A stretch of 63,782 nt of DNA, filler included, from Choristocarpus tenellus KU-1152 (GCA_964200185.2; 10 parts of 10 records of this genome joined end to end with filler, not necessarily neighbours in it); one strand, 5' to 3'; numbered from the whole stretch's first letter, positions 11,401 to 24,722 are shown. The notes: generated by a model from the letters alone, not told the origin. Numbers and translations: made by a program.

Positions 11401-12324
11401 GAACGGTATATGTTGAGTGTTTGTTGCATATGTGGGCAAGGAGTGTACGTGTTGGGGTTGTCGCTAGTGGCAAACAGAGGCCGAACTCTGTGAGTGTGTG
11501 GGGGGGTCGTCATGTGGAGTGTTCCTACCTTTGTGACGATTGTCTGTCTAGGAGGAACCTTATGACCGTTGTGGTAGCGCCGCTCTTCCTCTGGTGTCGG
11601 ATCCCTCAAGGTATACTGAGTTTTGGTTGCCTTTATACATCCACTATGGACGATGTTCCTGGCATGCGCATGCCGTCTAGTTCCAGTCTCCTGGCAGCAG
11701 ACTTCACCACAGATCAGACAAGGACTTGCTGTGACAGGAGGCAAAGAAGTTGTGTACTACGGAAATTCCCATCCGCGCTAAAGACTGAGAAACCCACCCA
11801 CCACATCTGCCATCTGTTCTTGAATTGACTCCCGCAACCATTGGACCAGATGTGGAGGACTTCTAGGGTCTGTCCGTATTCACTGGCTAGAGGTATTACG
11901 TGGTCTTTCACAAGCATCTCCACGGCGTTCTGGACGAACTCGTTGTCTTGGCTTCAGTCTTCACTGCACACCGTCATGCTGTGAGCCCAAACCCTTCCCT
12001 TTCCAAGATTTCCCTCTTCTCTGAAATCCCTCAACCACCAGACAATGGTCAGAAGCGCCGTAAGGAATAGATTGAAAAACTCTTGTTGTGTCAAGTCTTG
12101 GTGGTTGTGTTGCAGGTGGGCGCTGAAGTCCATGGACATGGCAGCGTGTCCTTTGGGGAGGGGGATTTGCAGTGTTTGTATTGTTGCGCCTGCCAAATGG
12201 TGGTGTTGTGATGAAGGAAAAAGCTCTTGTCGAAGTTTGCAAATATGACTTTGAGGAGTGTAGGGAATCCTTCCATCCTTGGGAACAGCACCTGTGTCGA
12301 ATGGACCAGGTGGTCGCGTTTCAA
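8469..12324 (-). pseudogene. Decayed, intron-containing Sola2-like transposase (copy B): catalytic core, C-terminal region and two Tudor-like modules
   Basis: Core AMSMDFSAHLQHNHQDLTQQEFF...TVCSED*SQDNEFVQNAV...LHIWSNGCGSQFKNRW (12324-11760). C-terminal region MHRFF...ELSCYCTNC (10176-9712). Module 1 AIVQGKVSDVHVDGSGAYIYSVSYLPDDGE (~9050-8955). Module 2 GLYFRWDDQWMRGTVTKY...YEVKLEN...HYSIDQDPPTRAWFW (8753-8469). Confidence 0.65.
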
Positions 12325-12458
12325 GTGTTGTTGCTGGTGATAGGTCGTGGCGATTCAGGCTTTGTGGTGGTGTAATCGATTGTGTCCGGTGCTGTGGGAG
12401 GGAGTATCCGTTCGTTGTTTGACGAATACGCCGAGACACATCCAATGTACACTGTAAT

Positions 12459-12576
12459 GAGTGAAAGTATCTTAGAGGGTACGAGTTTTGCCCTGTTTGT
12501 CCATTTGGGACTTGGCTTCCCACGGGTTTTTAATGACACTTTGCCTACTCCAAAATGTTTTTGAGTAGATAAAATG
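12459..12576 (-). mobile_element. MITE M1, truncated by a gap
   Basis: gagtgaaagtatcttagagggtacgagttttgccctgtttgtccatttggg... Confidence 0.88.
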
Positions 12577-14380
12577 NNNNNNNNNNNNNNNNNNNNNNNN
12601 NNNNNNNNNNNNNNNNNNNNTTAATTAATTAANNNNNNNNNNNNNNNNNNNNNNNNNNNNNNNNNNNNNNNNNNNNTGGTTGGTCATCAAATGGGGAATA
12701 GAGGATAGAGGAATAAGAAAATAGGAATGTGCAAAATAATAATAATAATCCAGAATTCGTGAGCAATGCAAAATAGTAGATTCTTACTATAAACGTTATG
12801 GATACCTTTGTGAGGAAGTGAAGATCACCTAACGTTCTAGGGAGACGCCAACGTTGAGTGGCGTTTTGATGTGGATACGTTGTTTTCATTGAGAGCACTG
12901 GATCAGCTTGTACCCCCGGAGGTAAACACGAATCCGTTCGTTTTCAAAATCTCCAAACCTTCATCATCACCTTCCAAAGCATGTCCTTGTGCCGTAAACA
13001 GAGTCTATACGCGGTGTAATCCTGATTAATCCTTGGATAGAAGCTGTTGAAAGAAAGTAGAGATCCACGCTGAACATAAGATCACGGCCTCCGGAGCTCG
13101 AAGGGTGCGAAACTGGCCCCACCAAAGTGCAGTAATTCTTTGGCAAAGTGGATTTGTAGGTCTTAGACACACAACAGACGGCCAGGCCCCATGCCTCTGT
13201 TTTTGGAGGGATATTTATCGTAAATCTTTCTTCGGTAGGATATGTTTTGAGACCTAAATGAGGGCCGGGTTGATATTGAAATGATCTGATGCGGTCCACA
13301 CCAACACACATCTTCCACACAAGTCAACTTTGCGTCCTTCCCGTATTCACTGCTGTCTCAAAACATCTCGTCATCAATGTGCTCCCAAATTCTGGGTAGC
13401 CCTGATGTAGAGTCCCAATGTACTTAAGCAGTCAACCCACGCCCCCCCCTGGCAGAAGCAGCCGAGGAATGGGACCAGTGGGGACCCATGGGGACTACCA
13501 GCTAGACCTGGTGCTAAAGGCCCCGACCGAGAGTGGCAGACCCTTCACGTTCGTCTGCTCAGGAAGCGGCCCGAGTGATGGTGGTGGTGCTAACTTTGAT
13601 CGCGTGTGTGCCCTTCGCGACAATCAGGTTCATATCATAACGTTCCATTATCGTGTCGACGACGGAAGTGATGTTGCTGGTGAGTCGTGTATGTTCCACC
13701 TTGTACTTGATAACCCTACCTTACGAGTGAACAATCATTGTCTTGGACTTAAGGTTCTACTTTCCGAAGTGAGTTTATATTGGCTATGTGGTATAATTCG
13801 CAAACCTGGTGGTTGGAAAGTTTGTGTAACAAAATTGGGTCAGCGTGCAACGTGTTGACTCTTTGGTTTCCTCCATTGGCACTACTTCAGTGAGAATTCT
13901 TCGTACCCGAATTTAGGTTTCACAAAACCAAGCTTTTTTGTACATTATCAGTATAAGAAATACATTTTGCCCATGGTGCCCATATTTGAGACCTTTCCGC
14001 ACCCTCTCGTTGCATGTTTCATATCTAACTATCTTTCCCTCAAAAGGGATAGCATACAGCAAATCTCCACAGTTACTTCATTACCTGTTTTAGAAGTTTC
14101 ATTTTCGATATGCAAGACTCTCGTTGGTTTTGATGCGATTCTTGGAGCTACCAAGACAACAGAATACATTAATCTTCTCTGAGTCTGTCCGTGGCACCTC
14201 AACCGTGCCCTGTCCTCTCCTGTCACTCCACTTCCTGCCTTCCTACTTCCTCCTGACCATCCAATCCGAAACATTTGAAAAACAAATACTGCCAGGATAC
14301 ATATGTATACATGTATATATATGTACTAGGAAGACCTGATATATGTAGTAACATGTATGGTCCCCTTCATGTCCTCACAG

Positions 14381-16190
14381 GTTCAACACTTTCTACCAGA
14401 ATAACATATGCCTCCCTGGAACTGGATGACTTTGCTGAGTGTGCCTCCTGGAGTGCATCTGCAGCTTGTGTTGTTGTTGGAGACAGTGCAGGCCAGCTGC
14501 ACTTTGTGTCCCCCAATGCCACACTTCTTTTCTCGCAGCACCTTGTCAAGCCCTTGTTAGAAGGGGGCAGTGATGGACACAGGTGTGAGTCAGGAAGGGT
14601 AGAGGTATCTCTGGCCTTCCAAGGTACTGGGCGATGTTTGGACTTACGCTGGACTGAGTTGTTTTTATTCTCTCAACCTATTTCAGAGTGGTGAAGGAGA
14701 GCAGGGGTGCATGAAACATGGGCCTTTGCTGTAATGGCCAAAACTTCCATACCAGGTTACTACGGTTAATGTATGCCTATGTTTTCCATTGTCAGAGTGT
14801 TTGATGTGTTGCAAAATAAGCATTGTTTGAAGGGTAAAATGATCCAAAGTTACAGGCATGCTCAGGGACCTGCTGTGCCCCTCTTACATTGGATACAATA
14901 GTACATGGCGGTGATTGTTTGAAATGATCCTACGTGTGTGTGATCTGTCCTCACCTGTTGATTACATCACCATTGTGCTTGAAGTACTTGTTCTTCGCAC
15001 TATGTTTTTTTTGTGTCAAAGTGCTGTTTTTGTTGCCACGTCTATTCATTGCACACAAGTCCCCCTAGCCCTAGCCCTAACCCTAACCCTAACCGTGGTG
15101 TTCCCTCCATGTGGTACATGATTCACAGAATTGATGCATTGCAGGGAGCACAACACACTTTGCAGGCCTTTCACTCCATCAAGTTTGCCAAGTCGGCGCC
15201 ACACCCGAAAAACTCACCAACCATGGGCCCCCCATCTTGGGATGGTGAGGAACGAGGGGAGTATTATAAACAAAATGATACAGTGGAAGAACTCCTGGTG
15301 GTGACTGCATCTCTACAGCTCTTTCTCTTTGCTGACGTGGACATACAGGGCCTTCAGGTTAGAGGAGGCATGGTGTAGTTGATCGTGGATTGGAAGTTTG
15401 TCAGTTTAGGCTGGGGCTTGCACAAGGGACTACAGGTTGGGCTTAGGTTGGTGTTAATCCTAAGGGTGAGGACTAGGAGCAGAGACTGTGTCACATATCA
15501 CCCCCTTCTCTGTGGCACTTGCAGGGTCACAGTACATGCCTTGAGTACATCAGTCATACCCTCAAGGTGTGCCACAGTTCAGGTGGTCTTTTACCTACAA
15601 ATTAGGGAACAGGGTGTGGAGTGTCAGTCAGAACTCAGTGTCAACAAGAGCACAAGCAACAACATCGTTAGTGGGTGGTGTTTGGGTATATATAAGGAGT
15701 TTCATCTTCTGTGTTTTATTTTGTTTTATTTTGATATATTGGTAATTGGGAGAATATTTACTCCCTTCTGTATCATAGGTGGAGATCATCAACAAAATCA
15801 ATTTTGGTGTACATATTGTATGTACAGCCCCTGCTTCCTCCCCCCCCCCCCCTCCATCCCTCATGAGATCTTCTGATCCTGTGCATGTGCTTGCTCTCTT
15901 TTGTTGTGTCCAGGCAGCCGCATTGGCCCTGGATGCCCCAGGTCTCAAGGAAATCCGTAGTCGTATCTGTGTAGCTATGGCAGATGCACATGCACAAGGG
16001 GAAGGGGAAGGGCGCCAGATAAGAGCAGCACCAGATTGTCTGATGGTGGATGCCTGTGTGCACGTCATGTTTGTAAGAGGTGCTAAAAGCTTGTTAGCGA
16101 CTCGTGTGTATCTTGTTGCTGGGGGCTTGAGCGTTTGGGAGAGGAAACATCAACGTTCTCGGGGAGGGACTCCAACAAAGGCTCCTCAAG
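14381..16190 (+). CDS. KNTC1: Internal exons (14381-14582, 15129-15357, 15914-16190) of a probable kinetochore protein KNTC1/Rod N-terminal beta-propeller
   Basis: Phase-compatible GT-AG exons give CVVVGDSAGQLHFV...LLFSQHLV and ELLVVTASLQLFLFADVDIQGLQ|AAALALDAPGLKEIRSRI. This resembles, from memory, KNTC1 LLVGERSGNLHLI...FFCITNLQLLKIQQAIENVD. Confidence 0.55.
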
Positions 16191-16729
16191 GTTTGAGACC
16201 CGACTGTGGAAAAGATTGCCACATTTTGACATGTTTTGTGGAACTTGTTTTTTGTTTCAGTTTTTGTGCCCTAACCCCAACCCTAACCCTAACCCTAACT
16301 GTTCTTATACCGTCCCAACTGAAAAGTAACTGAAGTTCTGATTTTTGCTGGGGTTTTTTTTGCATGGCCTGAAGAGTCCCTTTGTCTACTATGTGCATCC
16401 TCCCTGAACGCTTCTATTTTATTATTATTATTATTATTATTATTGTTATTGTATGTTGGGTGTTTTAAGGAGGAATTTATATCTCCTTGATCCTCCCATC
16501 AACAGTCAACACAGATGTGAACGTTCTTGGTAGAGTTCTGGCTTGACCTTTTAAGTTCGGCTTGAAGAGTGAGACTAAGCTGCTGGAATGAACTATTTTT
16601 TCTTTTTCAATATGTATAACTGTTGTCAACCCCATTTAACAACTTACCCCATTCAACAACCCCATTCAACAACTTTCCCCTTTTGTGAGGAGAACATTCC
16701 TCCTCCTCTTCAATACTACATCATTCATC

Positions 16730-17254
16730 AGACTATTACCAAACCTTTTTCTCAATCATCACTCTACTACCAAATATTTTCCCAATCATCACACTATTGC
16801 CAAACCTTTTTCTCAATCATCACACTACTACCAAACCTTTTCTCAATCATCACACTACGACCAAACCTTTTTCTCAATCATCACACTACTACCAAACCTT
16901 TTCTCAATCATCACACCACTACCAAACCCTTTTCTCAATCATCACACCACTACCAAACCCTTTTCTCAATCATCACACTGCTACCAAACCTTTTTCTCAA
17001 TCATCACTCTACTACCAAACCTTTTTCTCAATCATCACTCTACTACCAAACCTTTTCTCAATCATCACACTACTAAAACCTTTTCTCAATCATCACACCA
17101 CTACCAAACCTTTTCTCAATCATCACACTACTACCAAATATTTTCCCAATCATCACACTATTGCCAAACCTTTTTCTCAATCATCACACTACTACCAAAC
17201 CTTTTCTCAATCATCACACTACTACCAAACCTTTTTCTCAATCATCACACTACT
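16730..17254. repeat. Minisatellite, ~31-33-bp unit ccaaacctttttctcaatcatcacactacta, about 16 copies
   Basis: Direct tandem units with no unique spacers, running into the gap. Confidence 0.95.
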
Positions 17255-17943
17255 NNNNNNNNNNNNNNNNNNNNNNNNNNNNNNNNNNNNNNNNNNNNTT
17301 AATTAATTAANNNNNNNNNNNNNNNNNNNNNNNNNNNNNNNNNNNNNNNNNNNNTGCACATGTTCATGGTGTTCTGAGAGAAATACATCCTGGCAGGTTG
17401 GTCATGCCCAGATGATGATGAGGGTGTGGCTAGTGCAGTGTGGAGCGATTTAGACGTGAGAAATCCAATATTCACTATCTTAAGACCCTGATATGGGCCG
17501 AATGTCTTCCTGAGTATTTTAGAATTGGGATACAAGATGAGAAAAGATTGAGTTGCATGAGTGTGAGCTCATGTGGCTGTGTCCTCATCCGAGTTGACCC
17601 CCCCCTTCGCCTTCCTGAAACTCACTGTAACAGGAGTTTCGGATATCCCTCCCCTCTGTGACCATATTGAATAGCTTGATTATTGACAAAGAGTCATCAC
17701 TATGGTGACGAGGGCCACAGCTTTGAAGCAAGTACAACCATGGACGCCCTCAAAAGGTGTAGAAGAAGATGGGTAACAAGCGTGTCTTCACATCGGTGAA
17801 CAATGAACCTTTCTCATCTGTAGACTGTGGAGGGTCAACATGGTACCGTTGTGAATCGTATTTATTGAACTCGTCCATTTCGATTTGATCGCAATCAAAT
17901 CGAAACCGAAGTTCTTGGGAAGTATGTTTTGGTTTTTTATTTT

Positions 17944-18119
17944 GGCTCAAAGTATCTGTGGGGGGATGGGGGTCTACACCATGGTGTCCATTCGGCCCTG
18001 ACCAGGAGAAGTGCACTTACATTTTCCATCTGACGCATGCAACCAAATTCACCCAAAAATCACGCCATCTAAAATAACCCCAAATGGACAGCCGCCACCC
18101 CCCACAGATACTTTGAGCT
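17944..18119 (+). mobile_element. MITE family M2 (~175 bp), TSD TTTT
   Basis: TIRs gctcaaagtatctgtggggg / cccccacagatactttgagc. Confidence 0.88.
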
Positions 18120-20961
18120 TTTTTTGAACACTAAAATCATTGATAAGGTGTGAAACAAGTGGAAACTCACATAGAGGTTCCTTTGACTGAAGGGGAACGG
18201 GAAGACCCATAGGAGCAATGAAAGGGAGAAAAGCAAAAGGCAGGAGGGTAAGCAAGGCTCAGATGGTCACACTCGAAAGGAGTAACAAGTGAAGTGAATG
18301 TGGGGGACTTGTTAGATCCACTCAACAACCAGATACTGAGCCAGGGAGAAATCCAAACCAAAACCAAACCTAAGATACCTTTTCAAAATCTATAATATTC
18401 TTATATTTATATTTCGCCTTTTAAACTGTTGTAACAAGTACTTCACACTAGAATATTTCATCATCATACACCTCGGCAAAACACCCTATATTCTGTAAAT
18501 TCCGGGATCCGGTCAAGTCGCAAATATTCACAATACACTATACTTATCTTTCACATACAAAACTGGTCTTGGAATTATTTCATCAGAAAGAGAGGCGTTC
18601 TCTTCTCCCCAGCCACTATTAAATTATTCTATATACAATAACCCAGAAGAAAACAAGTTTTAGCGTTTCGCTTTTCTCGCCAATCTTGGTTGCTCCTCAC
18701 AATCACATATCAAAAACAATCGCTTTGCTCCAACATCTACTCGACACATCGCACCCCAAGTAACGGGTCGAAGCAAAGGACACGTGTGTACACAACTCTC
18801 GGGAGTGTGAAGAAGGTTCACCGAAATGTCTCGAGAATCGCTCATGTGGGCCCTCATCTTCACGCCTGTCCTCCCCCACCTGGTCTTCATGGTCCTACTG
18901 GGGATCATCACATCAGCGGGAATGAATACCATGCCTTCCATCCTAAGAGGGGAATTTGCTGATACCTTCTGCCAACTTGTGGCCATGCACCAAGAGGAGA
19001 TAAAGATATTTCATCAAAGGGTAAGGACAAGCCTTCGACAGTGCCTGGTGTTCATCCCCCCTCGGTCCTCCCCTAGGAAGAGTTGGATGGGTGGATCACA
19101 CCTTAAACCAATGAAGAGCTCCCCAATGTTTACTGAGTTCACCAATGTGAGGCGGATGATGCGAGGGGTATCGCAACCTCTGATCCAACCCGCACATACC
19201 CCTTTTGACCTCTGACTCCTCCTTTCGGCCAACCCTATTTGGGTTCCCTCACTTGGTTCGACCATCGAAATACCTCCTATTTTACAGAGCTGTATGTAAC
19301 ACGCAGGTCCTCACTCCAATATTTTTTGCCTACCCTGAGACTTCCAACGGTGCCTCCATCGATACGTTCAGGGTAAACCAAGAAGTGCAGACCTGTGATC
19401 GAAATAGGACCATCGATGTGTGGCTCCTCGCAGCACATAGGAATATGGTCGCTGCAATGAACGGCGCCAACTACCTGTCGGAGACACTTCGTATAGCTGG
19501 TTCACATGTAACTAGAATTGGCTCGAAGTTTGGCACCAAGATCCACTCTGGTGACAATGAACTTAGTGCCATCACGGCCGACGTTTTCGCAGTGTTGGAG
19601 ACCGTGAAGAGGATGGCACAACCTCTCAATAGGTGAGGATGAATGAACTTGTCTCTGTTAGGTCCCTAGGCTCATATACGTCTCGTCTTGTATTGCCACC
19701 ACCATACTAGTGAAAGTCCATGGGCCCATGATATCTTGGGGCACAACCTCCTCTGTGTATTCTCAGCTGTGAGCTGCTCATTATCTTCACCATTCAAATG
19801 AGTCTATACTCCTGTGAACCCCCCACGTCCAACTTACACTTCAGGCGAAGGAAGGGTGATGTGCCTGTCACACTATTCCATCAATCCGTTGTCGTCGAGG
19901 ATATTTTGTGAAAGGCAGATAAGGCCTGCACGACGTTGTCTGGGATGACTAGCAACCAGGTGAGGCTGGCAAACTATCGATGCTTTGAACTCTGGGTGAT
20001 TCCTAAGGACGGTAGTGCTGGTTGAGAAAGTTCTTCCGATCTTTTGTAAACCGAGTGGTACATCACTTGGACACCCACACAGCCAATTCAGGAACATATT
20101 AAACCTCTACCGCCAATAGAGTGACAAATAATACTTCTATGCCTGAGGTAGTGATGAAGTACAAATACTGTAATTTATAGTAGTCTGCTCTAGATACGAG
20201 TAATTCCATCCCCCTTCTCACTGTTTCGTCCTCGACCCGTTGATGTGGCTGTTGATGGATGTACCCCTTGACTGTTGCTTTCGAATCAAAACGGATGGAG
20301 ACCACCAGTGGGAAATCCGTGGTGCACACTTGGAATAAAGTGAATACCTCTCGCCAGGTGTTGGGGAAGATAGGGCGAACTTCAGCTCGCAATAACACCA
20401 CCCCCCCAGTCTGTGGGACCCAAGTGGCAATGGTTCACCGCCAAAGCTGGCGGCCAGAGCAACGCGACCTTGTGGGTCCAAGAGGGTCACACATGCTCAG
20501 GGGCATTCTTGTTAGGTGTCCATACAAGTGCCCATCTGGAATTGTGCTACCCCGTCGAAACATGCCTAGGGTAAGTATATTGATGTGTGAGGTAGTTAGT
20601 TGTGGGCGTGTAGGAAGAACTTCTGTGCATGGGGAGAGGAGAGGGATCCAACCCTGGAGATTTGATTGATAATCTTGCCGAGCATTGCTTGAGCAAGAAA
20701 TGTCCATAAACTATTCAAACAAAGTGGCTTTGTTGTATACCGCTTCATGTGTTTGAAAGTGTAATCAAGTATGTCGCATTTGTTGTGACATGGTACATTC
20801 ACATCTTAGACGAAGCAATATGTAGTGTTCATATGATGGGAAATATTTCTTGAGGTAAGAGAGCGAGGCAGGAGGGGATACCCATATACCAGGAGTAGGG
20901 GTCTTATGGGATGATTTTGAGGGCAGAGCTAACTGAGCACTTCGATGGTCAAAACGTCGGC

Positions 20962-22286
20962 ATGGCAATCCCCCCGTCGACTCCTCCGTGTAGGAAGGGT
21001 GCCCAAGAGTCCTTAAATACCAGGGTTGCGCTTGCAGTGCGGCACGCCCTCGCGATGGTCCCTGGTGAGCATAAACCACCGCGACATGTTGGGCCGGCCC
21101 TCTGAGCGGAGTTTGATGTGTCCGAGCGTTACATGCGAGGGTTCTGGGAGGACGTCACCGATCAGCTCGTCCGTGGCCACAGGCTTGATTTAGGGGTGGC
21201 GGCACGTAGTGGGCGGCCTTCGGAGCTCACACCGACCAAGATGACTGCAATACATATTATCAACTCCGAAAATCGGTCATCCACAGTGCGTTGGGTGACA
21301 ATGAAGATGGCCGCCAAGGGGCTGAATTGTAGCACGAACACCATAAACAGGTGGTTGAATTGTATGGGGGCCATGCCGAGTCGCTGCTGGATCAAACCCA
21401 AGCTTAAATCGTGGAAAAATGTATGGAGAATGAACTTTATTTGCGATGAAGTGGACCTGAAACGTGGCATGTACGCCTCCATGGCGAACATGATGTGGAT
21501 GAAACCTGGTTTTACGAGATGGCTGATGGGGAAAGGGTTAGGGTATTTCCGCGCGAGGATAATAGCGACCTTCCAGGGTCCCCTACAGTGTAGCACAAGA
21601 GTCATACCCCCAAAACCATCATAATTACAGCCAACAACCGCTCAGATTCGACTCGCAGCTTTGATAGAAAGCTTGGTGTTTGGCGTGTGTATTCGACAAA
21701 AACGGCAGACAGGACAAGCAAGAACCATTAAAAGGGGGATGTGTATGAGCAAGACTGTAACCTTAGACCGTTTGTGGTACAGGAAGTGGTACATGGAGGA
21801 GTTACTGCCTACAATCAAGACCAAGATGCCTTGGTTGCAGGGGAAGCACATTGTCGTTGAGCAAGACGGTGCCACCCCCCACACGGGCAAGGGCAACTCA
21901 GAAATCTTGTCAGGGGCGGGGAAGACTGAGGCGTGGTCGATTAGGTCTGTGACGCAGCCATCTAACTCCCCCAACCTCAATATCATGGACCTGTGCTTCA
22001 GGCCTTTGAAATGCCTGGTGATGGGGGAATGGTTTGGGTCTGTTGAGGAGATGGTGAAGGTCATTAAGAAACAGTATGAAGAGTATGATGAAACCACACT
22101 TGAGAGGGCTTGGCAGCTCCTTTTGTGGTGTACAATCAAGTACATAGACACAGAGGGGGGAATGACTTCAGTGTGGAGCACACAGGGGTAAAGAAGAGGC
22201 AGTTGTCTGGTCACCTTGAAAACACGCTGAAGGTAGACATGGAGGCTTTTTCTGTGGCCAATAAAATTGTGATGGATGGGGAGTAA
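20962..22286 (+). pseudogene. Near full-length, decayed Tc1/mariner transposase (plant/oomycete DD39D-like clade)
   Basis: Motifs RSGRPSELTP, IKPKL...RMNF, DVDETWFY, HKSH, VEQDGATPH...QPSNSPNLNIMDLCF, with 40 aa between the second and third D. Several frameshifts and stops. Confidence 0.9.
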
Positions 22287-22649
22287 TAGTAATAAAACGT
22301 TACAGACAATCAGAAATTAATTTCTTCAAAATCTTAAAATGTTACAGACAACGCGGCACAGACTTATGACACGAAGATAGTGTGTGTACCTTAGCATCCA
22401 CCGGAAGAGCAGAGCTCTAGAGCTCTCACAGCGCAGTCCACAAAGCAAGGCCACAGAGCTTGCAGATAGTCGGAACTCTAGTTAGACAACTACCTCCCTA
22501 CCCCCCTCACACCCCATCTGGAGAAAAAGAAAGAAAAAAAAATTATGCCACAAATTGAAAGACATTATGAACATGGTCAAGCTTGAATCACAAACTTCAT
22601 CATTCTGGAGAGGTCGTTACCATGCACATCTCGAGGACATAGTAAATCA

Positions 22650-23250
22650 TTGATGTCCTCTTGCATTGTTCATAGTGCTCATTGAAGAACTGCTCCCCAA
22701 CTCCTTGGTGCAAAAGTCGATGTATAAATTGGGTAACGGGCTCCAGGTGCTTGCTGATCTCACTATGACTTCTGTGGCCATTGCTGCTACACTCTGCCCA
22801 GGATCAATGTCAACCCTCTCCTTCTGTCGAGGCATTATTTTCAGAGTGTTCGTTATACTGGAGCATTAGTGTGCAATGAATGTCGACAGACATTCTGCTG
22901 CTGTTGATACACTAGTCTCCTGTGCCAATTGAATGAGGTTGACAAATGGCTTTCATTATGGAGTATAACTCCTCAGTGACTACGTTTTCTGCTTTTACAG
23001 GAATGTGCCTCAACTCTCTATTCTCACATACAGCTCCTCAAGAGCATGCTAATAGTGTAGGAGTATAATTTCCAGCACCTTGTTTTTTGAAATCCAACTT
23101 TGGTGAACAGCGTTGACAAGTTCAGTTGTTCCAATGAAGAACTGCAGTTGGATGTCTTGAAACTTGACATTGTGTAAGATTAAAGCGAGTCAGGATGTTG
23201 AGTCAGGTATTCACACAACAGGGATACATTCGAAGCGACATCAGTAGCGT
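22650..23250 (-). pseudogene. Possible hAT-like transposase remnant
   Basis: Broken frames give ENVVTEELYSIMK / FVNLIQLAQETSVSTAAECL. The resemblance is weak. Confidence 0.25.
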
Positions 23251-23310
23251 TTCCAAAAATGAACCCAGGTATAATTTTAATAATGAGTGTTCACATATGC
23301 TATGACAGGA

Positions 23311-23486
23311 GGCTCAGAGTATCTGGGAGGGGTGGCGGCTGTCCATTTGGGAACAATTTTTCCATGTCGTGATATTGGGTGATTTGGTTGCATACGTCGG
23401 ATGGATAATGAAAGTACACTTTCCTGGTTTGACCCAAAATGGGCACTCTGGTGTAGACCCCCCCCCCCCCCCAGATACTTTGGGTC
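23311..23486 (-). mobile_element. MITE M2, TSD AGGA
   Basis: agga|ggctcagagtatctggg...cccagatactttgggtc|agga. Reverse complement of 17944-18119. Confidence 0.88.
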
Positions 23487-24665
23487 AGGAGTCACATTCC
23501 AATAGAAAGGGNNNNNNNNNNNNNNNNNNNNNNNNNNNNNNNNNNNNNNNNNNNNTTAATTAATTAANNNNNNNNNNNNNNNNNNNNNNNNNNNNNNNNN
23601 NNNNNNNNNNNCAAAAGGATAGGAACAAAAAAGAGAAATAGAAAAAGAGGGTTAAAAGGGGATCCTTGCACCCCCCCCCCCCCCCCCCAGATACTTTGAC
23701 CCAAAGCTGTTCTGTTGTATACATATGTTTTGTTCTGTGAAGAGGATTGGAGCAACTACAGTAGGGATGCTCTTGGTCGTACGCTGTCCTTTCTTGCGTG
23801 TTGATAGTTTTTTTTTTAAATTTAGTGTGATAGCACCTTCGAAGGCGATACGCCTACGTGGAATTTTGATGAATGAAAAGAAATTTCCTTGATTTAAAAA
23901 GAGAAAAATCCGATGATATATATATATTTATACATAAACCTTAAAGAAAAGAAGTGAACTGTATTGACGCATTGTTATGCAGTGTACTTCCTAAACGGAC
24001 TGGGGGTTGTGTAGTGTAGTAAGGGTTTATTTTTTAGAAATTCCTCCTTAGAGGTGTGTCTCTTGATGAGCATTGCATCCTACTGTTCTTGTAAAATTAA
24101 TTAAAAAAAATCTTCTCGGTTAGCTGTATCGGAGGGTCTGTGCTTCCTCCACCCCTCCTTTTGATGCGGTGGATCTTTCAAAACTTGCCAACATACTGGA
24201 CCTGTAGATTCTCTCATTACTGTTTCTAAACTTTAAAAAAATGTAACTTTTATGTTTTGTGAATATAATCTAGAATATATTTTTGCGAACGAAACAGTAT
24301 TTTTTTTTTAGTTTTAGTCTGCAGAGTGAAATAGACCGCTTGATCTTGTGCATATTTTTATTTTTAGTCCTTTCTCGCATTTTATTTTTATTTTCAACCA
24401 AGCAAAGAGAGTGCAGAAGTCTGTATCTCTTCTCCCCTGGAAGAATCCTTAAGTCACAACCGTGACATTATTAGATCTCCAATGCTTCAAAACCCTAACC
24501 CTTCAAGTGACTCCGTAACTGCACATGGTACATTCCAAGCATTGCTCTTTTACCGATATTACTATTCTTTTGACGCATTGACAGTGAAATGTGATTTGTC
24601 ATGTATCGTCTATTGCCTCCCTTGTACTCATACGCCTAACCCGTCTCCCTTTCACCTCATCTACT

Positions 24666-24722
<57 letters not shown>

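Noticed and set aside
2842-11605. Apparent giant inverted repeat or hairpin centred near 6450
   Set aside because: The arms lie on different contigs joined by an artificial spacer and the block order is permuted. They are dispersed TE copies.
12840-13900. Possible gypsy integrase tail (CWCGPHQII on the minus strand)
   Set aside because: A single short motif is not enough for a call.
16730-17254. CRISPR-like ~32-bp repeats and 160-205-aa ORFs
   Set aside because: There are no unique spacers and no cas genes, and the context is eukaryotic. The ORFs are artefacts of a stop-free minisatellite.
18660-20650. Several medium ORFs (129-143 aa)
   Set aside because: No recognisable domain or consistent splice structure. 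Probably decayed TE sequence.
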